Shown: positions 40,768 to 52,347 of the stretch, in pieces
Layout: every line of letters begins with the position of its first letter
How positions within the stretch are numbered: the first letter of the stretch is position 1
NCBI GenBank assembly: GCA_010405405.1
Contig: MU004244.1
Location: forward strand, 995,895 to 1,059,894
Length of the DNA stretch: 64,000 bases
Reading direction: 5' to 3'
Origin: Microthyrium microscopicum
Taxonomy: Eukaryota
Notes under the pieces: generated by a model
Databases searched by the model: none
The model's input: only the letters and a program-made list of their open reading frames with translations
What the model was told of the DNA's origin: nothing
Position numbers and translations under genes: made by a program

Positions 40768-40969
40768 TTTGATCATGTGTCATGCTATTGGATGTGCCTG
40801 CAAGAATGGACAGTTCGACTAAAGAATTTCTCTACGTGTTAGCTCCCTGGTAATGGGCAAGAATATTGAAACGGGTTCTGTATATACCACGCTCATAATC
40901 ATACATTTCTGAAGCGCCGAACTAAGGAATAGTTGTACAAGAAACTTCTCTTATCAATTGAAGATATAA

Positions 40970-41624
40970 TCAGGATAACAACGGCACCGCCTTCTCCAAA
41001 CTCGTCCTCATCGGCTCCCACATCAACCAATCACTCGTCGTAGTCGGCAACAACCCCATCGCATTAACCTTCCAAATCCCCAGCGCCAACGACAACATAT
41101 TACACAGAATAAACGCGATCTTGGCCAGCAGTATCTTGTCCCGTGTACCTTCCGTCTCGAACCGTGAAAATGTGTTTTGTATCGCGATGACGGATGTTAT
41201 AGGTGTTTTGAACAGCATGAAGACCATCATTATTGAGAAAATTTGTAGAGTGTTGCCCGTCATGTACATGCCTGCAAAGATAATTAGCAGTGATTTATAG
41301 AGCGTAATCTAATGCGACAAACCGATGGCGCTCATGGGTAGTTGTTTGGCGGGCGCGATGGCCACTTCCCAGGCTTTCTTGATCTTGAGGGTGTCGGTCT
41401 CTTCGGTGGTGGGGAGTTTGCGCGCGGGTTGCTTGTCTTTGGGACCTTTCTGTGAAAGTTATTAGATGTATCCTGATGGTACGAGGAATTCTGGATGAGA
41501 TAGATACCTTCGTTGTGTTTGGGGTGTATCCGGGCGGGTCTACAATGTTGCTGTTGTTCTTGCTGCGCTTTGGTGTTGACTGAAGACGAGCGACCCATTC
41601 GGGAGTGGAAGGTTTCGAAGACAT
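40970..41624 (-). CDS. EMC4: ER membrane protein complex subunit 4
   Basis: DPPGY, LKIKKAWEVAIAPAKQLPMSAIG|MYMTGNTLQIFSIMMV and KVNAMGLLPTTTSDWL. Two introns. Confidence 0.92.
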
Positions 41625-41950
41625 GCTACAGGTTCTGAGTACGATCGGACGCGTGGAGTTGTAGGGGATGCAGATGTTGTAAGTTGTTGTGAGATGGCAT
41701 CTATACATTTGACGTCTTGAGCTTTGACAACCGCCAAGACTTGCCGCTACAGCCTTGTGCAAACTCATATCCAAAGAGAATTATTTTATGGCCTCTATTT
41801 CTAGGATAAGGACTACCCCAATAGTGATACCAAAATTGCGGAAGCAAAGCGCTATAAATTTTGAGCGATATCTACCGCTCCATGAGCGCCGGTATGCATT
41901 TCGGACCTTCAATCCCTTTTATACTAGAGTAATCCAACACCCACAGTTCA

Positions 41951-44900
41951 TTACAACGAGCCTTCCGCAGCTCTCGCCAGCACCTCAAATACACCTTGGC
42001 GGAGTTTATAACGTACTAAGCCAGCGAAGATACCCAAGTCCTCGATCGCGGTTTTCAAATACTGCACTGTACCCTGGCGACTATCTGTCTCCCAGCCAGA
42101 GCTCATGAGCTTCTCCTTCTCCTTTGTACACGCCAATACCATCCAGATCAGTACATCTCCAATGCAGCGCGCGATCACCTGGCTGAGCTCTGAAAAGTCC
42201 TGTGCTGACTGGCGAATGCGAGTAACGTCGCCTCGGAAATCGACTGGAAGGAGCTTGAGGTTGCCAATGGTTTCGATACACTCGACGTAATAGCGACCAA
42301 GAAGCAGCTCTTTCGCTCGGGCGAGCTGCAGAAGGACTTCAGCTGTCTTTCGTGTGTTTGGCTTGATTTTGTTGTATTCGTGCTGGCTGCTGGCCTGACT
42401 ATAGAGGCTGAGCATGTTGCGTGCGAGAACCACAGGATCGTCCACCGCTGTCAAGCTAAGGGTCGAGTTCTCTGAGAATGCCGGTCCAGACTCAACCTTG
42501 CGTGCCTTCAATGGCTCGAGACGCATTGCACTCTGTCCAAGCTCGACGGTAAGAGCTTCAGATAAGGTGCGGTTGACTATTGTCAAGACATTTTCGTACT
42601 CGCCAGCGAGATGGTAGAGAAGAACTGAGTCAGTGGTGCGTCCACCTTCATCTGCTGTTTGAGCGGCTTGTATGGTGAGTTTTTGGACAAAGTTATCCAT
42701 GTCACGTAGTGAGCCGGACACCGAGCCTCGCTTGATTAAATCGGTACGAAGTTGAATTGCGCCTGGAATGCGCTGCCCATCATTGCGAACATCACCTAGG
42801 AGTTGTGCAAATTCACGAGTTTCCAAGACAAGCTCTCGGAGCGCCTCGAGACATAGCTGCCCTTGTTGACGTCCAGCTTCCCCGGATAGGTCGGCATTAA
42901 GAGCCAACAAAATGAGATAATCAGCAGCTGCGTCCGGTTTAGCAGCTCGAAACTCGGACGTGTAATAGCCAACGATGAGAGCAAATTGCAATTGAGGCTC
43001 TTGTCTGGTGGTGAACGATACTACTTTTGTTAGCGTTGGCAATAAACCAAAGGAATTGATACTTACGCAAGTTAGTCTGAGAGAAATCTGATACTCGTAA
43101 CAGACCGTAGTATGCAAGGGCGATAGAAAAATGAACGGCTGCTATATAGTTGTAGTCGTAGAGCCATTTGATCGCGCTCTCATACATTCCTGCAAGAATC
43201 TGGAGGTAAAAGTAGATACCATAGCTGCCGCTGCTTTCAGAAGTGGGACCAAAGTGTCGTTGTCCGATATCTGTAACAATGCTACGAAGATCTTTCAAGC
43301 TGAAAGCATCTCCTGCAACCTCATCTGCCTTGTTGACCTCGCGAGCAAGAACAAATTGTAGCCAAATCCAATCTTCTTCATCGGATGGAATTCGATCAAA
43401 GTTCTTGCGCGACATTTCGCAACGACCAATCACTTTGTAACAGGCAATTTTGTAGGGATCAGTTTGAGATGCATCGTGAGCTCGAGATTTGCCTACATAC
43501 TCGCGCGCGATCGCTGTGCGAAGATCCTGTGGAAGTCTGCGGTCTGGATCTGCCGCATATGCTTCCATGTATCTGGAAAAGTTGCGGTCTAGACTTCGAA
43601 TTGCTCGCTGATTGTCTGCAACATATCTTGCAGCTTCTTCGACTAGGCCACAACGAAGAGCATAATAGATCAGTGCCCAGCAGTAGTCTGTTCCAGAAGG
43701 AGTGGTTATTTTCTGTATAGCTTGCATTTCAACATCCTGGTTCTCTGGCCCCACAAGATCTTTGCGCTGAGCCAAAACTCGAATGTACGCTCGAACCTTG
43801 TTGACTGGTTGGGGAACACCGCCCAAATTGGCCACCTTGGGATCTTTCGCAATGACGGTTTCGACCTTGCGCCAGAAGATGCCTTCGAGACATTTTTGTG
43901 CACCTCGCGTGATCCGTTTGCGCATGTTCTCTGCACGTTGAGCATTATCATTGTAGTTGAGATATTCGTTGACGAAAGAGCGTTCCCAGCTTTTGACATT
44001 TGGATCAGAACGAGCCAGTGTAGTACTGCTTTCCTCAGCAACTTCAATCAGTGCTTTGTACGCATTAGAGATCTGATCGGCACTCTGGTCCCCAACGGCA
44101 AGTTCGATTTCAGCCAATTGGTGCGCAATTGGAAATACCAGGTCCATATTTCTAGCTTCATTGAATTCTTGAATCTTTTTGGCATAGAGTTCTTGACGTT
44201 CGCGATTTGTGCGATCTTCCAGGCGCATACGTGGCTGGGATTTCGAATCACTTTCAGCTGCTTCACCAGGGGCACCTAGTACAGATGTTCGCAAATTGGC
44301 ATTGCCAATGATCGACTTTTGCATACCAGAAACTCGCATACCAGAAGCGGACGCTCGGAACCCTCGAGAGGAGCGGCCAAATGCCCCAGTGTTGGCTTTC
44401 GTTTGTGTAGCATCGTCATCCGCTGCATTTCCTGTAGGGGTTTTGAGACCGAAATGCTCGTAGACCTTTCTCCGTTGAGCATTCCAATTCATCTGGACTG
44501 TCTCTTCAAGGAAGTTGTCAAAGTCGCGTTTCGATTGTTCCAGTCCCTCTTGAATCATTTCCATCGTAGATTGTGTGCGCAAGTTCGAGACGAAGGTGTC
44601 AAGATCTGGATCTGGAGCAGCCTGGCCTGCAGCACCTGTTGTAGCTCCTGCTTGAGCTGCGAAATTGTTGAGATCACGGAGAGCATTGACAGTAGATACA
44701 CCAGATGATGCAAGCATGTAATGAGCTCTAGCATCTCTGTCACCAGCTCGCGCTTGTGCTGCACTGGGACCTCCAGTCCCTAGGTTTCTTGCTTTTCGAG
44801 CAATGTCCGCAAGACCAAGCTGTAGCGTAGGAATATCACCCAAGCCTCCATTGTCCAGATGATTTCTTTTCTTTCCTCGCTCTAGCATTTGATCAAAGTA

Positions 44901-45365
44901 AGCAGAGCTCCCTGGAGCTGCGGCGGCGGCTTCTGCCTGCGCTGGTTGTGCATTTGACTGATTTGCTTGTGCCGGACCCTGCGAAGCAAAGAGACTTCCG
45001 CCAAGCGCAGGTGCTTGCTGAGGTTGAGTAGACATGTTGAATAGAGAAGGGGCCGCATTCGTATTGGTATTTGGAGTAGAACCTAGGAAACCAGGCTTGT
45101 TTGTGGTCGACGCGAAAAGAGACGGGGCCGCTGCGGGTTTTGGCGTGCCTAACCCGCCAAAAAGAGACGTACTAGGAGCAGAGGAAGCAGGGTTATTGTT
45201 GAAAAGAGACGATGCAGGAGCGGCGGCGGCAGTGGTGTTGAGTTGGGGGAAAAGGCTCGATCGCGATGTTGAGGTATCTGCTCCTAGCGGAAGTGTAGAG
45301 GAGCGTTTTAATGGAGCGCCAAAAGCACCGCTGCCAGCTGCAGCACCGGTATTGCTGCCGAACAT
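41951..45365 (-). CDS. NIC96: Nucleoporin Nic96/Nup93
   Basis: PTLQLGLADIA, ANLGGVP, WALIYYALRCG, DPYKIACYKVIGRC, EDWIWLQF, AVHFSIALAYYGLL and LRELVLETREFAQLLGD. Intron 43066-43021. Confidence 0.93.
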
Positions 45366-45831
45366 GACGAGACCAAAATTACAGACGCTGAATTAAGAGC
45401 CGCCGGAATGCAAAGGTTGTGGTTGCTGGGTAAATGTTCTACACATTGGAAAGCGCGCTCTAATGTTTTGCTGGACAAGGATGTTATCTTGGCAGGGGCC
45501 CAAGCTCTAGTTTCCACCCCATCCCATGTCTCATCCGTTCCGCTCCGCTGCAAATGCTTCCTTCCGAGATTCTCCATCCGAGACTCAACATCAAGAGCTT
45601 TGTAACTTGCGTGCCAACTCAAGAACCTCAATTACAGCCTGTCTGACCTCTGACCGCTTGTATACTGGCAATTGACCTCAATGTGAGTCTGCCTACCCTC
45701 TGATACCACAAATAACTCACCTTACACAGCAAACGCTCGACAGTCACCCGCCGCAACTTGCCATCCGCAACAGTCAGTTCCAACAACAGCTATACCTCCG
45801 GTCCCCATTCCTCTGACAAAGCCCCAGAATC

Positions 45832-46211
45832 ATGTCTATGTCGGCCCGCGTCCTCCGCCCGCTCATGCGGACCTCAGTTCCTGCCATGTCGGTGCGAGCA
45901 CTGAGCACCAAAACCGCCGCAGCACGCTTCCAGTCTAAAAGCAAACCGCAAACCGCTGTACCAGAGAGCCGGATGCCATCCAAGGTACTACATCTCCTGA
46001 CTACCGACGGCTGCAGCTCCAAGCTAATTGCCTGTTTCTTAACTAGACTGTCTTGATGGCCGCCATGCCTCAGCTCGTGCCATTCTACTTCGTCAACGAG
46101 GTTGTTGGAGCTTTCATCGTTATTCCAACTCTCATCTATCTGATGTCGAAATACTGGCTGCCACAGATTGTACGCACCAAGTTGGCTCGTCTGTTTATCT
46201 CCAAGCTTTAA
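45832..46211 (+). CDS. ATP8: Nuclear-encoded mitochondrial ATP synthase subunit 8 precursor (105 aa: 57-aa leader plus 48-aa Atp8)
   Basis: Exon 1 45832-45984; phase-0 intron 45985-46046 (GTACTA...GCTAAT...TAG); exon 2 46047-46211 encodes TVLMAA-MPQLVPFYFVNEVVGAFIVIPTLIYLMSKYWLPQIVRTKLARLFISKL*. The MPQLVPFYF start and RLFISKL end match fungal Atp8. Confidence 0.93.
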
Positions 46212-46831
46212 GGGGTTGTGCTGTGGGTCTGAGAGGATGTGATGGAGGGTTTTGTCTGCACCTGGATGTATGTAAAGTTAAGATCTGACATTCCGGGGCT
46301 ACAAATCGACTCATTTCGGCTTTAAAATTTGTCTTTCACATGGTATTGGCGACATCGTTTGCTGCCATTTGTACCGGATGACGAAACAGGTTCCGCACGT
46401 ATGAAAGAGAAAACAGCACAATCAGAGATGCGATCAATTAGACACCATCACCGGAAGCAAAGGAGCATGTATCCATCAACCAGTTTACGAATTCCCATAC
46501 CAAGCGTCAGTGGCAGGTATCGCGTTTGTAGAGCTAAAGAGCAATTAGAGCGCAACCCACCATCCATTGCGTAGATGAGCAGATGGTACGTTGCTTGCAA
46601 ACGAAATATCTCATGTCATCGTAAGTAGCCTACAAACGGGCATTTATAATCAGATTTGTAGCCGTTCCATTCTTGCTCAGCTCTAACACCAGGTACTGTC
46701 TCGGCAAAATACTCGAAAGACCTAGAGCATTTCTACAATACAATCTAACCTTTCTGCACTTCGACACATTTTTCAAACCTCGTTCAAACATCGTCAGTCG
46801 ACATCAGCACACTTCATCAGATACAGCTGCT

Positions 46832-47335
46832 ATGCCATATTATCCACTGCATCCCTTTTTCGCACCGCCAGTTAGACTAAACCGCCCGCCCCTTCCCCTT
46901 GAGAAGAAACGCCGAGCCTTCGTCTGGCCAAAAGATGGAAGACGCGACAGAACCAAATTTGGCCGTTTCATGGATATCATGCAAGGCAAAGGGCCAGACA
47001 TATTCGTCAGTGAATACGGCAGAAAGGATCAACCAACTCGAGGTCGTTGGACGAACCGCAACTGGCTGGATCGTGATGCATGGGGCCGGGAACATCTGGA
47101 CCTCAGCACTCCATCAATGCCATGGGCCAAAAGGAGGAGGAATGAAGCCTATAACTTTAGGACAAGCAAGTACGAGCGCGAAAGGACTGGTGAAGATCCA
47201 TGGGGCAGAATGTATGTCCGGAACCCCTTTGTTTTGACCGATGCCCGCTGGCTCCCTGGAGCAGATGCAGATGCTATGCCATTTGGATACAGGTGTGCCC
47301 ATGGCGATTATCACAAATGGGTCCACTATCCATGA
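46832..47335 (+). CDS. Hypothetical Arg/Trp/Pro-rich protein
   Basis: Single-exon ORF from ATG 46832 (MPYYPLHPFF...), preceded by a TATAA at about 46646. No recognisable domain. Confidence 0.6.
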   Translation: MPYYPLHPFFAPPVRLNRPPLPLEKKRRAFVWPKDGRRDRTKFGRFMDIMQGKGPDIFVSEYGRKDQPTRGRWTNRNWLDRDAWGREHLDLSTPSMPWAKRRRNEAYNFRTSKYERERTGEDPWGRMYVRNPFVLTDARWLPGADADAMPFGYRCAHGDYHKWVHYP

Positions 47336-47465
47336 GGTGCTATGAGAAGTCTTCATTGTCTCATACATAGTCGATTATTGTTTGCATGGCTGGCGTTGGC
47401 GTAGATGGAATAGTTCTACAAAAGCATCATTCGACGCAAAATCCAGAGTCCAGTAACCAAATCAG

Positions 47466-48369
47466 TCATAAACAGCTCTCGTGTAGTGCAACCCAAGTGA
47501 TTCGATCTTGGCCTTTGCGTTTGTCAGAGGCAATTCTCTGCTTGCGTCGTGAAAATGGTTTCGAGCCTCCAAGGCCAAAGTACTGTCCACACTTTGCACA
47601 ATCCGCCTTCGCCAGGTCGTTGTCTCCATATGCCACTAGCATTTCCAGTGTAGCAAATATATCCTGTGGTGACGGACGTCTCCACATGGTTGTTGAAATG
47701 GCCTCACTTTCGTAGTTTCCACCCACCGATGTGACATCATATACGACACCATCTTTCGTGCCTCGTTTGCGAATCTCAAATCTGTACGCTGTACCTGCGC
47801 GGTCGACTTCGACATTGATTCTAGTTTTGTCTTCGTCGTCCCAAGCACAGGTCTTGAACTTTGGCGCATATTCGGCTAAGGCGGCGGTTTCGTCTTCCTC
47901 AGTATTGCGGATTTTTTCCTGCTCAAAGTCCTTCTGCTTTGCCGCACTCAGGGCTTCTTCACGACTGACCCAGCCCCAGAGACCAATCTCGTACTGTCTA
48001 ACCAAATCAATATGTTTGTTCTTCTCTTGCCCGAATTGCTGGATCATGCGCCAGGTCGCAGCATCTTCCCAGCTTTTCTTGAGGTCGTCGATCGTGGCTA
48101 TAGATTGCTTGGCTGTTCGCATGTAGGATCGTTGTATATCCTGGGGATTGGAGTAGGAGCGACGGGTGAGCGTGTTAACAATGTTTCCTGGAATCGCACG
48201 CGCGCGATCAATCTGTGATATTATGAGCGTTGTGTGCTATGCGCAGAACGTTCTGTGAGGAGCATACCCGGCGCTGTATTCTCTCTAGCTCTGCTAATGC
48301 TGCGACAAACTCTTCTTCTGCCCAGTCTTCGGTCTGTAGTATTGGCGCTGAATGCGCGGGTTGCGCCAT
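47466..48369 (-). CDS. Mediator subunit Med27-like protein
   Basis: Exon 1 MAQP...WAEEEFVAALAELERIQRR, intron 48267-48213, and a C-terminal CAKC...WVALHESC zinc-binding pattern typical of Med27. Confidence 0.65.
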
Positions 48370-48947
48370 GTCTTGTTCAAAGGAGGCAGTTGTGAAGTGT
48401 TGAGATCGTCAGTTATGCGGTTAGCGAAGATGGGTGTAGCTGGCAAAGATAAAAAAAAATGGAAACGCTGACGACGACCACAACAGTCAGGATGGTTAGA
48501 AATTCTGCTGCATTATTGGCGGCCTATTGATTGTATTGATCGCTGAATGGGCGAGGTGAATGTTGCAGTGAATGTTGAATGCAGAGCCCCATTATTCAAA
48601 GGTCATAGCGCCCTCTATATTGGCATGTGATGTGTTTGATGGCGTCTCCCAAAGAATTGAAGTCCCGCAGACGAATAATCAACTAGTTGGAACCACTTGA
48701 ATAGCAAATAATTTGTAGTTTTTGACGTTTTTGAAGAGTCTTTTGATACTCGAAAGAAAGCGTGATTGCTTGCAGGAAGCGGAGTCGATGGGAGCACTAC
48801 AGGTGTTCTGCACCATCCATACGAGTGTACTCTGGCTTCCAACATATCAAACGCATAAGAAATCAATTGCATTATGAAGGACCACCTATGCTACATAATA
48901 ATTCTCAAAGGGTATTCGATGTTGTTTTCCCGCTTCCACAGATCCTC

Positions 48948-50070
48948 CTAACGACGATATTCCGAGTAACCGCCCTGAGGTATCATGCTATCACTGGCCA
49001 GTCGTCCACCACGATGCGGTCTACGCTCCTGCTGTCCACGACCTCGCTGGCCCTCGTAACGGCCCACATAGCGATCAGTCTCAAATCCGTACCTGCCATC
49101 CTGAACGCTAGGTTGTGCTCTTCGAGGCTGCTGAGGCGGGCGTTGTGGAGAATAGTTTTGTTTACGCTGGTCTTGGTCGCTGTAGTATGGTTGATTTGTG
49201 TCCTGCTGAGCCTGGTCCACGTCCATGCCATTCTGGTCATCGTACTGTTGATCATAAGATTGGTCATCATAGCCAGCAGTTGTGTGGACCTTGGTCTCTT
49301 TCTCTTGCTCGGCCATGTAGTTGCGTATAGCGTGAGTCTGGTTGGGAAGATATACGTGGAGCAAACGTCCATCAGCCTGAAAGCTTATTAGTTCAAAGCT
49401 TCAGTAAACAAGAGTTCCAACGATCTTACCTTTTTTCCATTGAACTTGTTTGCAATTGTGTGGGCCAGATCCACGTTGGTGCACACAATCTCTGCTATAA
49501 CTGTAGGCTTATGGACCTTGATGCTGCAGGATACTATTCCTGCTTCTGGAGCCATGACTGCCTCAATGTCCGCAGCCGTTGTGCCTGGCGCAAAGTTCTC
49601 TGCATGAACAATGGCAATACCTGAACCCATGCCTTTGATGTTCAACTCCTTTGAAGCAGGCCATGTCTTCTGATCATTATCGGAATTCGTGACTGGTCGA
49701 CGGGCGAGAGGATGGACATTGTTGCGGCGCGGTTGTCGGCCGGTAGAGGAGGAAACAGCACGAGTCAGTACGGGCTTTGCGCTTTGCGATCGCTGATTGA
49801 ATATTAGCATCGTTGAGCTGCGAGAACTAAAGTGTAACGCGACTTGAACCTTTTGGACACCGGCACGACTGGCCATGTTAGCGCCACCATTTCGCGAATT
49901 TGGTGTGGTTGATCGGCCGAATATTTTTGCTGCTAAGGCTTCGTTCTTTTTCTTTTCGCGTGCTAACGCTTGTCAGTCCCTTCGCCCGCCATACTTCAGC
50001 GCAGATTGATCTTACCATCCTTGATCATTGCCTCCAAGGACGAGGCTGAAGACTCCTTTTTGGGTGCCAT
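48948..50070 (-). CDS. RRM-containing hypothetical protein
   Basis: Four exons: MAPKK...LEAMIKD|ARKEKKNEALAAKIFG; RRM-like IVHAENFAPGTTAADIEAVM...KFNGKK|ADGRLLHVY; Q/D/R/G-rich tail. Confidence 0.75.
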
Positions 50071-50380
50071 TTTGCGGTTTGATCGAGAGCAATGTAAATG
50101 AGCTGAGAGAGGGCTGACAGGTCGATATATTGGAAAGAGGAATTGATGAGGTGTGGAAGGTGTAGCAAAATATAGGAGCTGTTGAAGGGGTAGCTCACAA
50201 GCTGTTACGTGAGGGAGGTTGACGCGGTAACCCTAGCCCTTGAAAGCGCGACAAGATCACTGGCAGTTTGAACGCATGTGATAATATTCACTCGAGGGAT
50301 CAGATTGTGAAATTGACACCTCGAGAGATGATAGATTTGGTTTCATTATGTCGAGACCGGTGGTAAGCAAGTCTCCTCCA

Positions 50381-52073
50381 TCAAGCTGAAGCCTTGGTTC
50401 CACTTTTGGTGCCTGACCATTGCACAGCTTTCATCCCACCACCATAGTATTTGCTCATGTTTTTATACGACATGGCAAGATTTGGATCCCATAGTTTGCC
50501 TTCTACTTGCAATTTACTTCCCTCGTATTTGGGCGCATTAGTAAGACCGAGTTGCTCCAATAGGCCTGAAGCCTCAAGCACAAGACTGTCCGTCCCGTAT
50601 TGCCCAATCAGTTGCATTCCAATGCTACTTTTCGAGTCCCTTTGCTTCAGAGGAATGCTGATTGCTGGCAGACCTGCCAAGCTGGCTGGGACTGTAAAGA
50701 CATCTGTGGTGTAACCTTCAACTGGCGTCTGTGCCTCAACTGCAGCGAGCTCTGGTGCCGAACAAGGAGCAGTCGGGCAAAGTAAAAGGTCGACTCCGTC
50801 TTCTGTGCCAACAGATCCTTCTTCTAGAACATTTCTTGTCTGAAAGACACGATTGAAATCTCGCTGGACCAGTCTGCGCACTCTTTGTGACTGCATAAAG
50901 TAGTTGTCCATCGCCTCAGAGCTTAGCGTGTATGTTCCTAGAAGGATGCGCCTTTTTACTTCCTCGCCAAAGCTTATATCTCGCGTCCTGGAGAACAGAG
51001 TTCCAGCGTTCATGTCGCTTCCCTCAGGACGAGTCCCATATCGGATGCCATCATACCTCGCTAGATTTGATGAAGCTTCCGCAGGTGCCAGGACGTAGTA
51101 TGTTGAGAGCGCGTACTTAGTGCTTGGAATCGATACTGCGGAAATTGAGATGTTATGATCCTGAAGAGTTTCTAGCAGTTCCACCCACGCATGACGAACG
51201 TCTTGATCCAACTCTTCAATGTTATATTCGCCCGGGATTCCAATTCTCAAAGGTCGTCCTAGCATGCGAAGGTTTGGAGTCACCTTTAAAATGTTCTTTC
51301 GAGTGCTTGGTGTTACGCTTGTTGGATCTTTATGGTCGAACTTGGATATTGCGCTGAACGTTTGCTGTATCTTGTGGGTGGAGTTCGCAAGTATTCCAAC
51401 AGTATCCAGAGAATTAGCATATGCAACGACTCCGTTCCTTGAAATCAGTCCATATGAAGGTTTGAAACCAAAAGTGCCTGTGAATGCTGCAGGTAGTCTA
51501 ATGGATCCACCAGTGTCCGTCCCCAGTGCTCTTATAAACAGTCAGTATTTTGCCATAAAGCTGAGAAACTATCACTTACGCCCAGCTTTGATCAGTTGTA
51601 ACGGCCATTGCACTACCACCAGAGCTGCCACCTGCAGAGTACAATTTCCCGTCTCCACCCTGATTGACAACTGGGCCATGGGCAGAGTTGATGGAGTGAG
51701 ACCCCATACCGAATTCGTCCATATTCGTCTTTCCTTGAATCAAAGCTCCAGCTTCACGAAGCAGCCGGACGACAGTACTGTCTAGGGGACTGCGAAAGCC
51801 CGCCAAGGTAGAGGAAGCACATGTTGTATCATAACCCGCGGTACAAATATTGTCCTTCACGGCAATTTTGCGACCTTCAAGAGGCCCTCTTACAGCTTTG
51901 AAAAGAGTTAGGGTCTAACATCATGTATTCATGCTAAGCATACCTTGGGTACTGATGCCATCGAGCTCGGCTGTGTGTTGGGTGATGAACGCGTTGCTAG
52001 CTGCGCCATGACTATATGCACGCGTGTACCGGCCATGTCGAGATACTACATTTCTCAAGCCAAATCGGTGCAT
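50381..52073 (-). CDS. HER2: Mitochondrial glutamyl-tRNA(Gln) amidotransferase subunit A
   Basis: Amidase signature [26 protein letters not shown] and [21 protein letters not shown] and [12 protein letters not shown]. Arg-rich presequence. Confidence 0.93.
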
Positions 52074-52347
52074 TGAATAGCCACGCCTACTAGATCGCTC
52101 AGATGAGTCTGCAGAATAGTCTTGATGCTGTCTGCTCATCCAGGATGGATATAAATACATGTAGAAAGCCCAGTCGATGCTGGACGGGCCGAGATAATCC
52201 CCGGCTCGGCTGTTGCAGATCGCCTCTTCGGACCGAGCCAAACTGCATCAACATTTGATCAAGTATGGAATCAACCGCGTTGTTCGCATATTCACGAGAG
52301 AATGAGACAAGAGCCTGGAAATCACTAGCGGTAATATAGCCTCAGTC

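Noticed and set aside
45000..45365. SLF/FG-like repeats at the Nic96 N-terminus as a novel fusion
   Set aside because: Such low-complexity extensions are, as far as I recall, usual in filamentous-fungal Nic96.
46065..46211. ATP8 as a non-functional NUMT
   Set aside because: GC-rich nuclear-style codons, an intact frame, a spliceosomal intron, an in-frame presequence and no flanking mtDNA-like sequence.
50226..50240. Telomere-like TAACCCTAGCCCT as a telomerase template or telomere relic
   Set aside because: Only about two imperfect units in a 300-bp intergenic gap; at most a promoter element.
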